This document shows positions 37,048 through 50,804 of a DNA stretch of 64,000 nt, piece after piece. The stretch spans positions 147,821 through 211,820 of the forward strand of contig JBCCHT010000021.1 in the NCBI GenBank assembly GCA_039028615.1. Reading direction: 5' to 3'. The position numbers and the translations under genes are program-made. The notes beneath the pieces were generated by a model. That model made no database searches and was not told where the DNA came from. It saw only the letters and a list, made by a program, of their open reading frames with translations. Source of the DNA: Myxococcota bacterium (lineage in GTDB: Bacteria > Myxococcota_A > Polyangia > Nannocystales > Nannocystaceae). How positions within the stretch are numbered: the first letter of the stretch is position 1; every line of letters begins with the position of its first letter.

Positions 37048-37656
37048 ATGAAGTTGGCTTATCGATCGATAGTTGCGGCGCTGGTGCTCACGGTGGCCGT
37101 CGCCTGTGGTGACGATGCTACGGGCACCACCGCGTCGGGAGGCGGCACCTCCAGCGGGACGACCTCGTCCAACGACACGGGAGGGGCGACCCCCGCCACC
37201 ACCAGCGGAGCGACCGGCAGCGGCAGCGGGGGCGCGGAGGGGTCGACCAGCGACGCGGCCGATTCCACGGGCGGGACCTCGAGCGGCGGCGAAGGCTCGA
37301 CGAGCGACGGCGCCACCTCTACGGGCGAAATGCCGGAGGACACCGGATCGAGCTCTGACTCGGGCAGCTCGTCCGACTCGGACAGCTCATCCGACTCGGG
37401 TAGCTCCTCGGGCTCCGGCGGAGGCCTCGGCCCGGGCGAGTGCAACGAGACCCTCGGGGTTGCGTGTGCGATGGGCTCGTTCTGCGACTACCCCGACAAC
37501 CTGTGTGGAACGGGGGCCAACGGGGTCTGCACCGTGGCCGGAGGCATCTGCCCCGCCATCTTCGATCCGCAATGCGGATGCGACAACGTCACCCACAGCA
37601 ACGAGTGTGTGGCCAACGGCAACGGCACGGACATCGCGTCCCCCGGGCCCTGCTGA
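37048..37656 (+). CDS. Lipoprotein with Ser/Gly/Thr-rich linker and Kazal-like Cys-rich domain
   Basis: Lipobox AVAC-GDD; CPAIFDPQCGCDNVTHSNECVA. Confidence 0.8.
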   Translation: MKLAYRSIVAALVLTVAVACGDDATGTTASGGGTSSGTTSSNDTGGATPATTSGATGSGSGGAEGSTSDAADSTGGTSSGGEGSTSDGATSTGEMPEDTGSSSDSGSSSDSDSSSDSGSSSGSGGGLGPGECNETLGVACAMGSFCDYPDNLCGTGANGVCTVAGGICPAIFDPQCGCDNVTHSNECVANGNGTDIASPGPC

Positions 37657-37668
37657 GCCCACCCGGCT

Positions 37669-38154
37669 TCAGCCGGCGGCGCTTGCCCGGGCCACGCCCT
37701 GCAACCCCGCCGGCATGACGTCGCTCAGGCGCTCCCAGTCGAGCACGCAGTCCTGCGGGCGGTTGTTTCGTGTCACCCGCAGGTCTTCCGGCAGCGATGC
37801 CTGCTGACCCTGGTCGAGCAGGTCGGGGAAGAACACCACCGCGTCCTCGCCATCGGGTTTCCACTGGGTCAGCTTGCCGACCACCTTCGATCCGCAGCGC
37901 CCACAGAAGCACCGCGCCAGGCTGGCGCCTTCCCGCTGGTACTCGACCAGCAGCGACTCGCCCTCGGTGATGCGAAAGCGCTTGGCGTGCACGCCGATCA
38001 CCCGATACAGCGGGGCGGCGTGGGCCCGTCGACAGCTGTCGCAGTGACAATAGGCGCTGAAGACAGGGCCGCTACCCGCGGGTAGATCGACCTCGAAGCG
38101 CATGGAGCCGCAGTAGCAGTGACCGGTGAGTCGGAGGGGATTGGCCAGGGACAT
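37669..38154 (-). CDS. GFA (CENP-V) family Zn-binding protein
   Basis: GHCYCG, YCHCDSCRR, RCFCGRCGS. Confidence 0.88.
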   Translation of the reverse strand: MSLANPLRLTGHCYCGSMRFEVDLPAGSGPVFSAYCHCDSCRRAHAAPLYRVIGVHAKRFRITEGESLLVEYQREGASLARCFCGRCGSKVVGKLTQWKPDGEDAVVFFPDLLDQGQQASLPEDLRVTRNNRPQDCVLDWERLSDVMPAGLQGVARASAAG

Positions 38155-38191
38155 GGCGGGTGCTCCCGGGAAAGACAGTCGAGGCCGCGGG

Positions 38192-38479
38192 TCACTGGGC
38201 CGCGGTGACGACACTCATCGTGAACTTGGCCTTGCCTTCGCGGGCGGCGATGGCTTCCTGATAGCCGGGCGAGGCATGCCACTGTCGCGCGCGCTCGGGG
38301 GAATCGGCCTCGAGCAGGACCTGCAGCGTGCCGATGGGGGTCCCCTCCAGCGCTTGCGTGGGCCCCTTGCCGAGCAACCGGATCCCGTACTCCTCCATGG
38401 TGGGGCGCGCGAGGGCCTGGTAGTCGGCGAGGGCGGCGGGGGTCTCGAGCTCGATGTCGACGATGATGTAGGCAGCCAT
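38192..38479 (-). CDS. DUF1330 domain protein
   Basis: MAAYIIVD..Y..LEG..WHASPGYQEAIAAR pattern; 95 aa. Confidence 0.8.
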   Translation of the reverse strand: MAAYIIVDIELETPAALADYQALARPTMEEYGIRLLGKGPTQALEGTPIGTLQVLLEADSPERARQWHASPGYQEAIAAREGKAKFTMSVVTAAQ

Positions 38480-38567
38480 TTCGGGTTTCTCCTGGGGCTG
38501 AGTGTTGCTCCTGTGTTTTTGCAGGGCAATATCGAAAAACGCAGATCGGTTCTGCTATTTTGCAGAA

Positions 38568-39464
38568 ATGAACTGGGACGACCTGCGGGTGTTGCTGGAG
38601 GTCTCTCGCAGCACGACGATGACCCAGACGGCGCGTCGGCTCGGCGTGAACCAAACGACGGTCTCGCGGCGGCTGGGAGCGCTGGAACAGGCGCTGGGGG
38701 TCGAGCTGGTGCTCCGCTACCGCGACGGGGTGACCTTGACCGAGGCGGGGCTCAAGGCAGTGCGGGCGGTCGAGGGCATGGAGACCGCGGCGCACGACCT
38801 CGAGCGCGATCTGGTGGGGGGAGACACGCGGCTGGCCGGGAGCCTGCGCATCACCACCATCGACATGATCTCGAACTACCACCCCGACCTGTTCTCTAGC
38901 TTTGCCTCGCGCTATCCCGAGGTCGAGATCGAGCTGCACACGAGCTACGACCAGCGCTCGTTGGCTCGCCGTGAGGCCGACCTCGCGATTCGCTGGACGA
39001 GCCGCCCCGACGAGGGGCTCTTCGGTCGCAAGCTGGCCCGGGCCGAGTATGCGATCTACGCGTCGGCCGAGCTGGTCCGAGCCCACGGGCGGAGGGCCAA
39101 GCTCTCGAGCTTCCCTTGGCTGGCGTGGAGCGAGGCCAGCGGCGCCCGTAAGACCAGCGAGTGGATGCAGGGCAACGTCCCCGACGCGCGGATCGTATGT
39201 CGCTACGACTATGCGCTGTCGATGCACGCCGCGATCCGGGCCGGGTGTGGCATCGGGTTCATGCCCTGTGTCTACGCCGACGGTGATCCGGGGCTGGTGC
39301 GGCTACGCGGGGTGCAGGCGGGATTCGGGTACGACCTCTGGTGCCTCACTCACCTCGATCTCAGCCGAACCGGGAGAGTGCGGGCGTTTCTGGCCCACGC
39401 GGGGGAGTACTTCGACGCGCGGGGTCGGGCCTACGCGGGCAAGGGGCCGCGCGCGAAGGTCTGA
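38568..39464 (+). CDS. LysR-family transcriptional regulator
   Basis: MNWDDLRVLL..TARRLGVNQTTVSRRLGALEQALG; LARREADLAIR. Divergent from the DUF1330/GFA genes. Confidence 0.92.
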   Translation: MNWDDLRVLLEVSRSTTMTQTARRLGVNQTTVSRRLGALEQALGVELVLRYRDGVTLTEAGLKAVRAVEGMETAAHDLERDLVGGDTRLAGSLRITTIDMISNYHPDLFSSFASRYPEVEIELHTSYDQRSLARREADLAIRWTSRPDEGLFGRKLARAEYAIYASAELVRAHGRRAKLSSFPWLAWSEASGARKTSEWMQGNVPDARIVCRYDYALSMHAAIRAGCGIGFMPCVYADGDPGLVRLRGVQAGFGYDLWCLTHLDLSRTGRVRAFLAHAGEYFDARGRAYAGKGPRAKV

Positions 39465-39487
39465 GGCCGACGGGGGCGGGCGTCGGG

Positions 39488-43062
<3,575 letters not shown>

Positions 43063-43066
<4 letters not shown>

Positions 43067-43590
43067 GGCTTGGCGCTACCCGCTTGCCGGTACTGGTGCG
43101 TGCGCTTGACGTATTCGCGCCAGGAGAACTCGATGAACTCGCGGTCCTTGTCGGTGCAGGCCCGCAGTCGCTTGAAGGGGTTGCCCACCACCACCGAGCC
43201 GCCCGGGACCCGCTTGCCCGGGGCCACCAGGGCGCCCGCGCCCACGATGCTGCCGCTCTCGACGACCGCGTTGTCGAGGATGATGGAGCCCATGCCGATG
43301 ATGCAGTCGTCTTCGATGGTGCAGCCGTGCAGGATGACCCCGTGCCCCACCGTGACTCGGTTCCCCACCGTGGTCGTGGACAGGCCCTCGGTGTTGTGGA
43401 TGACGGTGCCGTCCTGGATCGATGTTTGCCGGCCGATGATGATCGGCCCGTCATCACCGCGCATGGTGACCTGTGGCCACACGCTGGACTCTGCACCGAC
43501 TTCCACCTGCCCGATGATCACCGCCGATGCATGCACGAAGGCCTCGGCGTGGATGGCAGGAATATGAGATCCAAAGGGCTCGGTCGTCAC
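43063..43590 (-). CDS. Gamma carbonic anhydrase family protein
   Basis: Hexapeptide repeats; [21 protein letters not shown]. Confidence 0.9.
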
Positions 43591-43691
43591 CGATCGGCGT
43601 CATACCACCGCGACGTCGGGTCCGCGATGTCGGCTGACGACGGCAGCGAGTCCGCGGCAAACCCACGGTGGGAGTGGGATATAGTGCGTGC

Positions 43692-45134
43692 ATGGCCATG
43701 GATGCGGGGATGATGATGGGTCGTGGAATGGCGGTGATGGCGGGGTGGCTCGCGATCAGCGGTTGCGGTGATGACGGGGCGGGGCCGGACACGGCCGGAG
43801 CCGCCACCGACGCGGCCACCAGCAACGTGGGCGAGGAGGAGTCCAGCGGCGAAGGAGCCGACGGCACCGAAGGTGCGCCCGCGGCTCGGCCCAACTGGCA
43901 CGAGGACATCGCCCCGCTCGTGGCTCGTAGCTGCGAGGGCTGTCACAGCGACGGCAGCATCGCGCCCTTCCCCCTGCAGAACTACGAGCAGACCTCGCCG
44001 CTCGGGGCCGCGATCATGCTACAGGTCGAAGCGGGGCTCATGCCGCCGTGGCATGCGGTCGAGACCGACGAGTGCCAGCCGCCTGCATCATTCAAGCACG
44101 ACGCTCGCCTCAGCGACGAAGAAATTCAGCTGCTGCGCGACTGGGTCGACGCGGGCACGCCCGAGGGTGATCCGGCCTTGGCCGCCCCGATCCCCGAGCC
44201 GCCCTCACAAGACCTGGTCGATCCCACGGTCACCGTGACCATGGAGGGCTCGCTGTCCATCGAGCCCCAGGACAACGTGCTGGACTTCTTCCACTGCCTG
44301 AGCTTCGACCCGGGCAACGACCAGGATGTGTACGTCAACGGGATGCAGGTGGTCCCGGGCAACCGCTCCATCGCCCATCACACGCTGATCTACGTCGACG
44401 TCGCGGGTGAGTCTGCGGCGTGGGAAAACGGCCAGTCCTTCGACTGCGGCGGCGGGGCGGGGGAGATCGACGAAGCCCTTCTCATCGGCGGCTGGGTGCC
44501 GGGGAGCCTCCCCATCGAGACGCCTTCCGACGTCGGCATCTTGCTGCCGGCCGGAGCTCGCATCGTCTACAACATGCACTACCACGCGTCGGTCACGGGC
44601 CCGGAGTCGGACGACTCGACCGGGATTGCGCTGCGCTGGACCGAGACTCCTCCCGAGTACGTCTCGCAGTTCCAGCTCATCGGTGCGCCTGCGGCCGGCG
44701 ACGTGATGACCGACCCGTTCATGATCCCGGCGGGCGCCTCGGGGCACGAGGAGATCGTGGAGTACGAGGTCCCCGACATCGGCTTGGCCGACGTGCGGGT
44801 GTGGTCGGTGCTCAACCACATGCACCGGGTCGGGGTCGACATGAAGACCTCGGTGATGCGGGGCAACGAGGAGACTTGTCTGCTGCAGACGCCGGGCTGG
44901 GACTTCGACTGGCAGCGCTTCTACGAGTACGACGTGGAGATCGGCGACACCTTCCGCGTGCAGAGCGGGGACGTGGTGAGAGTGCACTGCTCGTACGACA
45001 ACACGCTCGACAATCCGGCCGTAGTCGCGGCGCTGGCGGAGGTCGGTCTCGACGAGCCCCAGGATGTGTTCTTGGGCGAGGGCACGCTCGACGAGATGTG
45101 CCTGACCGGGGTCGGGGTCGCCTACCGCTTCTAG
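43692..45134 (+). CDS. Lipoprotein with CxxCH motif and copper type II ascorbate-dependent monooxygenase-like domain
   Basis: Lipobox ISGC-GDD; CEGCH; HHTLIY, MHYH, HMH, DEMC copper-ligand pattern. Start uncertain. Confidence 0.75.
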   Translation: MAMDAGMMMGRGMAVMAGWLAISGCGDDGAGPDTAGAATDAATSNVGEEESSGEGADGTEGAPAARPNWHEDIAPLVARSCEGCHSDGSIAPFPLQNYEQTSPLGAAIMLQVEAGLMPPWHAVETDECQPPASFKHDARLSDEEIQLLRDWVDAGTPEGDPALAAPIPEPPSQDLVDPTVTVTMEGSLSIEPQDNVLDFFHCLSFDPGNDQDVYVNGMQVVPGNRSIAHHTLIYVDVAGESAAWENGQSFDCGGGAGEIDEALLIGGWVPGSLPIETPSDVGILLPAGARIVYNMHYHASVTGPESDDSTGIALRWTETPPEYVSQFQLIGAPAAGDVMTDPFMIPAGASGHEEIVEYEVPDIGLADVRVWSVLNHMHRVGVDMKTSVMRGNEETCLLQTPGWDFDWQRFYEYDVEIGDTFRVQSGDVVRVHCSYDNTLDNPAVVAALAEVGLDEPQDVFLGEGTLDEMCLTGVGVAYRF

Positions 45135-45152
45135 CCAACGGAGCACTACGGC

Positions 45153-45842
45153 ATGCGAAGCGCACGACGAATCGCTCCCGCGCTGCTGCCCAAGGACGAG
45201 CCCCCCGCAGGGGCCTTGTTCTGGCGGCTGTGGGACAAGGCGCGCCCCATCGCCGAGGACGCGCTGGCGACCCCGTTCGTGCAGGGCATCGCCGCGGGGA
45301 CGCTGGACCCGGTGGTCTACGGCGCGTTCAACATCAGCGACGCGTACTACTGCTTTCACGGGGCAGACGACTACGCTGCGGTCGCGGCTCGGGCCGAGGA
45401 CGCGCCGCTGCGAACGTTCCTGGAGCACAAGCACCAGACCTACGCTTCCTACAACGCGACCTTCCCCGAGACCTGGCGGGTCCGCGATGGCGACTCATTG
45501 GTGCCGACGCCGACCTGCATCGACTACGCGGGGTTCGAGTCCCAGGTGGCTCGCGAGCGGCCCCCGATCTATTCACTGGTGGCCATGCTCCCCTGCGAGT
45601 ACCTGTGGGCGTGGCTGGCCGCTCAGCTGGCGCCCGCGGGCGAGGGCAACCTCTACGCGCCATGGATCACGGACAACGACGATCCCCACGGCGCGTATCA
45701 GATGGGCAACTACCTCGAGGACTTCGCGGCGCGTCACCCCGGCGAGCTCGACGAGAGCGAGGCGGAGTCGATCTACTTGCAGGCGATGAGTTATGAGCGG
45801 GACAATTTCGCGTCCGCGCTCGCGGCGAAATCGGGCGCGTAG
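45153..45842 (+). CDS. TenA/THI-4 family protein
   Basis: PFVQGIAAGTLD, DAYY, AMLPCEYLW, YAPWI, MSYERDNF. Confidence 0.75.
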   Translation: MRSARRIAPALLPKDEPPAGALFWRLWDKARPIAEDALATPFVQGIAAGTLDPVVYGAFNISDAYYCFHGADDYAAVAARAEDAPLRTFLEHKHQTYASYNATFPETWRVRDGDSLVPTPTCIDYAGFESQVARERPPIYSLVAMLPCEYLWAWLAAQLAPAGEGNLYAPWITDNDDPHGAYQMGNYLEDFAARHPGELDESEAESIYLQAMSYERDNFASALAAKSGA

Positions 45843-45843
45843 C

Positions 45844-46695
45844 TCAGAGCAGAAAGTCGCCCAGCGCGGGGCGCTGCAGCCAGTTGTGGGGCGCCCACGC
45901 GGCTCCACGCTCGGCCACGTGCATGGTGAAGGCATGCCGCGATCGACCCGAGCGGTTGGGCTGGCTGGAGTGCGGCAGGTGGTCGTGGAACATCACCACG
46001 CTGCCCGCCGGGACCTCGAGCGCCTGGCCTTGCCCCGCGCCTGGCCACGGCGTGTCGTCGAGCGCGTGCAGGACACCCCGTCGCCGCTCCCAGTCGACCT
46101 CGTAGCGCTCGCGCAGCGGGCTGCGATGGCCCCCCGGCTGCACCCACAGGCAGCCGTTGTCGACAGTGGCGTCCTCGAGCGCGACCCAGACCCCCATGAC
46201 CCCGGCCGGCTCGGTGATGAGGTAGCTGGCGTCCTGGTGCCACCGAACCTCGCCGCCGATGCGCGGTTGCTTGAAGATGTACATCGTCTGCCACAGCACG
46301 GGAGCGTGGTAGCCGGCCTCGCGTAGCAGCTGGCCGAACACGGGCATGCGGCAGAACTCGGTGAACGCGGGCACGAGGTCGTGCATCGCGTGGCCGATCT
46401 TGTTGATCGCCAGCCGCGGCTGCACGACCACCTGCCCGGCGGGGTCGAGCGCCTCTTCTTCGAGGACGCAGTGCACCGACTCGGCGGAGGCCAAGAACGC
46501 CTCGTCGCGGCCCCGGTCCCGATCCCGCGTGCTGAACACGCTGCGGTGGGCATCGAGATCGAAGCCGTCGACGATCTCGAGCGCGGCCGCTCGGATGGAG
46601 GCCAGCGCGCTCGCGGGCACCAGCTCGGGCAGCACCAGGAATCCCTGGGTGCGTAGCTGCTCGAGCTTCTGCGGGCTCGCGACGGGCTGCACCAA
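45844..46695 (-). CDS. Phytanoyl-CoA dioxygenase (PhyH) family Fe(II)/2OG enzyme
   Basis: MYIFKQPRIGGEVRWHQD, WVALEDATVDNGCL, HSSQPNRS..R. Confidence 0.9.
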   Translation of the reverse strand: MVQPVASPQKLEQLRTQGFLVLPELVPASALASIRAAALEIVDGFDLDAHRSVFSTRDRDRGRDEAFLASAESVHCVLEEEALDPAGQVVVQPRLAINKIGHAMHDLVPAFTEFCRMPVFGQLLREAGYHAPVLWQTMYIFKQPRIGGEVRWHQDASYLITEPAGVMGVWVALEDATVDNGCLWVQPGGHRSPLRERYEVDWERRRGVLHALDDTPWPGAGQGQALEVPAGSVVMFHDHLPHSSQPNRSGRSRHAFTMHVAERGAAWAPHNWLQRPALGDFLL

Positions 46696-46702
46696 TACGA
46701 CC

Positions 46703-48217
46703 TCAGCCGGGGTGGAAGGTGATGGTCGAGGTCGACTCGTTGTAGCCGGCCGCGCCGCAGCCGGGCGCCACGCTGGCGATCGTCTCGTAGCGGATCGTGT
46801 AGTCGGGACCCGCGATCGGGCCCATGAACAGGAAGCTCTCGTCGATGACGGTGTCGCCCTGCGCGATGGTGAACTGACCGACGACCTGGCCGTTGACGCT
46901 CACGTCGGCGGTCTGGAAGCCGCACGCGGACAGGCCGTTGGTGATGACTTCGACGTGGACGTCGAGCTGACCGATGCTCGGGAAGATGGAGGTGCGCACG
47001 CCCTCGAACCAGTCGCCGCCGTTCCAGGGCAGGGTGCCCGAGGTGATCATCCGGGGGTCGGCCGGCGTGGGGAAGTTGTGGTCCTCGGGCAGGCCGGGGA
47101 TGTCGCAGCCGTCGAAGTCGTAGCTGCAGCTGGCCTGGCAGGCCAGGTCGCCGCCGCCGAGCCCGAGCGAGGCGCAGGTGTTGCCGTTGAGGTTCACGCC
47201 GTCGCAGGCCTCGTGCCCGTCGACCACGCCGTTGCCACAGGTGCCGCAGACGCTGGTGTCGAACCCGCCGCAGGTGGCGTCACACATCAGCGTTCCGCTG
47301 TCGAAGCCCTGGGTCACGCAGGTCTCGGCGCCGGTCTGCGTGGTGTCACACATCTCGGTGCCGTCGATGACGTCGTTGCCGCAGAGGCCACAGCCGCTGG
47401 TGTCGAACTCGCACTCTTCCTGGCAGCCCAGCGCGCCGCTGGTGAAGCCTTGGGTCAGGCACGTCTGGGCGTCGAGGTCGGTGCCGTCGCAGGTCTCGGC
47501 GCCGTCGACGAGGTCGTTGCCACACATGCCGCAGGTGCTCGTGTCGAGCGAGAGGCAGTCGGCGGCGCAGGAAATCTCGCCGCTGGTGAAGCCCTGGCTC
47601 TCGCAGGTCTCGCCCAGGAACACCAGCGTGTCGCAGGCCTCTTCGCCCTGCACGATGACGTCACCGCAGATGCCACACTCGTCGGTGTCGAAGGCGGTGC
47701 AATCGAGAGCACAGGACAGCGTGCCGTTGTCGAAGCCTTCGCTCTGGCAGGTCGCGCCGCCGAAGTCGGTGCCGTCGCAGACCTCGCCCTCGGTGACCGC
47801 GTCGTCGCCACAGGTCGCGACCGAGCAGGTGGCAGTGTCGTAGCCGGCGCAGTTGGGCGCACAGCCCAGCTCGCCGCCCTTGAACCCTTGGCTGATGCAG
47901 TCCTCGCCCGCCAGATCGGCGCCGTCGCAGACTTCGCCATCCTCCACGACGTCGTTGCCACACTCGGCCATCGGTCCCCCCGACGAGTCGACGTCGGTCG
48001 TGGTGGGGCCTTCGGAAGTGGAGCTGGTGGACGGCTCGCCCGTCGAGTCCTCGGCCGGGGTGGGGGTCTCGTCCCCGCTGCTGCCCCCGCCGGTCGTGTC
48101 GGAACTCGACGTCGTGCCGTCGTCGTTCGCCGTCTCGGCCGGGACCGTCGTGTCGTCACCACACGCGAGAAGCAATACGCTCGCGCTCGTCAAAGCCAAG
48201 ACATGTCGAAGAGTCAT
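46703..48217 (-). CDS. Lipoprotein with ~6 myxobacterial Cys-rich repeats
   Basis: Lipobox LLAC-GDD; repeated CGN..V...E.CDG.D....C..QGF..G.L.C...C..DT..C. Confidence 0.85.
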   Translation of the reverse strand: MTLRHVLALTSASVLLLACGDDTTVPAETANDDGTTSSSDTTGGGSSGDETPTPAEDSTGEPSTSSTSEGPTTTDVDSSGGPMAECGNDVVEDGEVCDGADLAGEDCISQGFKGGELGCAPNCAGYDTATCSVATCGDDAVTEGEVCDGTDFGGATCQSEGFDNGTLSCALDCTAFDTDECGICGDVIVQGEEACDTLVFLGETCESQGFTSGEISCAADCLSLDTSTCGMCGNDLVDGAETCDGTDLDAQTCLTQGFTSGALGCQEECEFDTSGCGLCGNDVIDGTEMCDTTQTGAETCVTQGFDSGTLMCDATCGGFDTSVCGTCGNGVVDGHEACDGVNLNGNTCASLGLGGGDLACQASCSYDFDGCDIPGLPEDHNFPTPADPRMITSGTLPWNGGDWFEGVRTSIFPSIGQLDVHVEVITNGLSACGFQTADVSVNGQVVGQFTIAQGDTVIDESFLFMGPIAGPDYTIRYETIASVAPGCGAAGYNESTSTITFHPG

Positions 48218-48280
48218 GTCCTTACTGTACCCCTCCGAAGCGGGCTTCCGCGAGCCGTAGGCGGCGTCTCGGCATTCGTC

Positions 48281-49612
48281 TCAGAATGCGGGATCCACGG
48301 TCGGCGACTCGAGTGCGGCCCGCCATAGGTCACCCCAGGGGGCCGTAGCCCGCAGGTGGGCGAGCACCGAGTTCAGCCCCCACTGCAGACGGTTGAGAAA
48401 GAGCCACTGCGGGGGCATGGCGCTGGTTCGACGATTGGGGTTGTCGAAGATCATCATGCCGTAGCTCTCTTTGACGTAATCGTGGGTATAGGTAAATGGC
48501 GTGGTGGAGAGGAATGGGCGGTACAGATAGTTCATCATCGCCCACTGATGGTCCCAGTCGAACTTCTTGGGGTTGCCCACCATCCCCAAGGCCGGGAAGG
48601 TCTCGCGGAAGCGAGCTTCGTCGCCCGCGATGACCGAGCGCGCCATCCGTTTCCAGGCTTCGATCATTTCTGGTGTAAACCGCCGTACACATCCGAAGTC
48701 TAGGAATGTGACGTCACCCTGCGGAGATAGCAGGTAGTTCCCCGGGTGCGGATCGGCGTTGTAGACGCTGTGGCGAAAAAGGCAGTCGAAGCAGACGCGG
48801 AAGATGATCTCACCGGCCCGGTTCCGTGTTTCTTCCGATGCCTCGTCGCAGAACGGATAGAAGCTCTGCCCCGCGTCCAGCTCGCTGGTGAGCACCCGCA
48901 GCGCGCTGCGCTCGGGGACCACCGCGGGGACATGCGCGCCCGGCATCGACTCGAAGAGCCGAGCGAACGCGGTCTGGTTGTTGGCCTCCAGTCGATAATC
49001 GCACTCCTCGAGCACCCGATCGCGCAGCTCGGTGACCAGGCTCGCGCCGTCGATGCTGCTGCCGATGGAGCCGAGCCGACCCATCAGGGTGGCGGTCTTG
49101 AGGTCGGCGCGAAGCGCATCCTCGATGCCCGGGTACTGGATCTTGACCGCGACATCGCGACCTTCGAAGCGGGCGCGATGAACCTGTCCGATCGAGGCGG
49201 CGGCCAAGGCCTCGGTCTCGAAGCTTTCGAACAACTCTTCGGGTGGACGGCCGAGCTGCTCCACGAGGACCTGCTCGATCTGCGGATACTCCATCGCCGT
49301 GGTGTTGGCCTGGAGCTTGGTCAGGACGCGCTGCGCCTCCGGGGGCAGACTGCCCGGCATGTAGCTGGCGATCTGCCCGATCTTCATGACCAGGCCCTTG
49401 AGCGCGCCGAGCTCCTTCACGAGTTCGGCGGCGCTCTTCACTGCCTCCGAGTCCTCGACCGGTTCGGCCTCGGGTTCGCCAGCCTTGGGGCGCACGAGGC
49501 TGCGCTTGACGAAGCCCGCGCCCATCTTCGAGGCCAGCTTGGCGGTGACCAGCGTGCGCTTGCGAAAGCCGCGGGCGATGCCGCGGAGAGGAGCGTCGTC
49601 GTCGTCGTTCAT
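48281..49612 (-). CDS. ABC1/AarF/UbiB-family atypical kinase
   Basis: AAASIGQVHRA, VAVKIQYP, ECDYRLEA, NADPHPGN, LDFGC. Confidence 0.92.
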   Translation of the reverse strand: MNDDDDAPLRGIARGFRKRTLVTAKLASKMGAGFVKRSLVRPKAGEPEAEPVEDSEAVKSAAELVKELGALKGLVMKIGQIASYMPGSLPPEAQRVLTKLQANTTAMEYPQIEQVLVEQLGRPPEELFESFETEALAAASIGQVHRARFEGRDVAVKIQYPGIEDALRADLKTATLMGRLGSIGSSIDGASLVTELRDRVLEECDYRLEANNQTAFARLFESMPGAHVPAVVPERSALRVLTSELDAGQSFYPFCDEASEETRNRAGEIIFRVCFDCLFRHSVYNADPHPGNYLLSPQGDVTFLDFGCVRRFTPEMIEAWKRMARSVIAGDEARFRETFPALGMVGNPKKFDWDHQWAMMNYLYRPFLSTTPFTYTHDYVKESYGMMIFDNPNRRTSAMPPQWLFLNRLQWGLNSVLAHLRATAPWGDLWRAALESPTVDPAF

Positions 49613-49767
49613 GGGGCGTTCGCGGCGACTCGTTGATACTCGATGACGGTTGGATTGGCGATGGCCGGCCGCACACTTGGCCGTCGAGTGACCAACCGCG
49701 ACCGGCTCCGCGCCGCGGTGGAATTCTCAATCCGAGTTCCAAGGGGAGTGACTCGAGCGCGGTTTGT

Positions 49768-50712
49768 TTAGCCGCCCGGAGCCCATCCGAGGGTGTCGAG
49801 GCCACGGTGCAAAGCGTTCAGGTAGACCCGCTCGTTATCATCAATCTCGTCGTCTGCCGCCCATTGGTTCAAGGTGGCAGCGAAGATTCGAGCATGTACG
49901 GCCCGAATCTCTCTTTCGGTGATTCCCAGCTCCTTGGCGATCTCGCGTGCCACACGAGCTTCCTCTGGGCTCACCACGAAGTCTGATAGCAGCGCGAGGA
50001 CCATTTGCTGGTATTCGCGAATCCTCCATCGGTCGTCGCGGGGGCTAGACGACTCCAGGACTCGGGAGATTTTCTCGACAGGGGCCTCGGCGGACGGGAA
50101 TCGCGGAAGCTCGAGATCGAAGCTCTTTAGGAATTTGTACCGCTTGCCTCGCCCTCGAAGGTCCTGGAACGTCGATATCTGGAGCCGTTTCATGGCTTCC
50201 AGGTATTCCTGCATCAGCTCTGCGGCCGCGAGCACGTCACCCGTTGCCGAGTGGCCGCCAAGATGCTCGATGTCGTGATCCTGGCACGCGAGCCTAAGCG
50301 TGCAGCGGCGCCCAAGCCCTAGGAGAGGGCGCGCGTACATTGCACAAAGATACGGGATGTCCAGCTCGTGACCGATTCGGCCGAGTTAGTATTTCAGAAA
50401 TCTCAGGTCGAAGTAGACGTTGTACGAGACGAGGACAGCACCATCCATTGCTTCCAGCACTTCAGGAGCGAGGTGTCGGAATGTGGGGGCCGACTCGACG
50501 TCAGCGTCGGAGATGCCGTGGACCTCGGTACCTGCCATGCGGCGTTGGGGATTGACGAGGCTGTCGAGTACGACGTGCGCACTTCCATCGGGATCGAGTC
50601 GAATGACACTGATTTCTACAATGCGGTCCAGGCCCGGCGAGAGGCCTGTAGTCTCCAGATCGACGATGCAGAACGGCACGTCGCCTACGGGGAGCTGCGC
50701 GACAGTCGGCAT
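49768..50712 (-). pseudogene. DEDDh 3'-5' exonuclease (DnaQ-like) with TerB-like C-terminus, interrupted by in-frame TAA at 50386-50388
   Basis: ExoI VDLETTG and ExoII YNVYFD lie in the upstream part; ExoIII HSATGD lies in the downstream part. The frame continues FLKY*LGRIGHELDIPYLCAMY without a shift. Confidence 0.75.
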
Positions 50713-50804
50713 GGGTTCGAGACTCTACCCGCCATGCACCCTTCGGAGGCAGGCTCGAAGGTTCCATTGCGGCTGATCCTCTCGAAATCTGCGGACGCGG
50801 ACCT

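Noticed and set aside
45135..45152. TPP riboswitch before the TenA-like gene
   Set aside because: The gap is only 18 nt and no TPP aptamer consensus is visible.
47100..47970. Periodic repeats of ~120 bp
   Set aside because: Explained by the coding Cys-rich repeats of the lipoprotein.
50386..50388. Programmed recoding of the exonuclease stop
   Set aside because: The codon is TAA, it is not at a Cys-type position, and I see no recoding signal; mutation or sequencing error is simpler.
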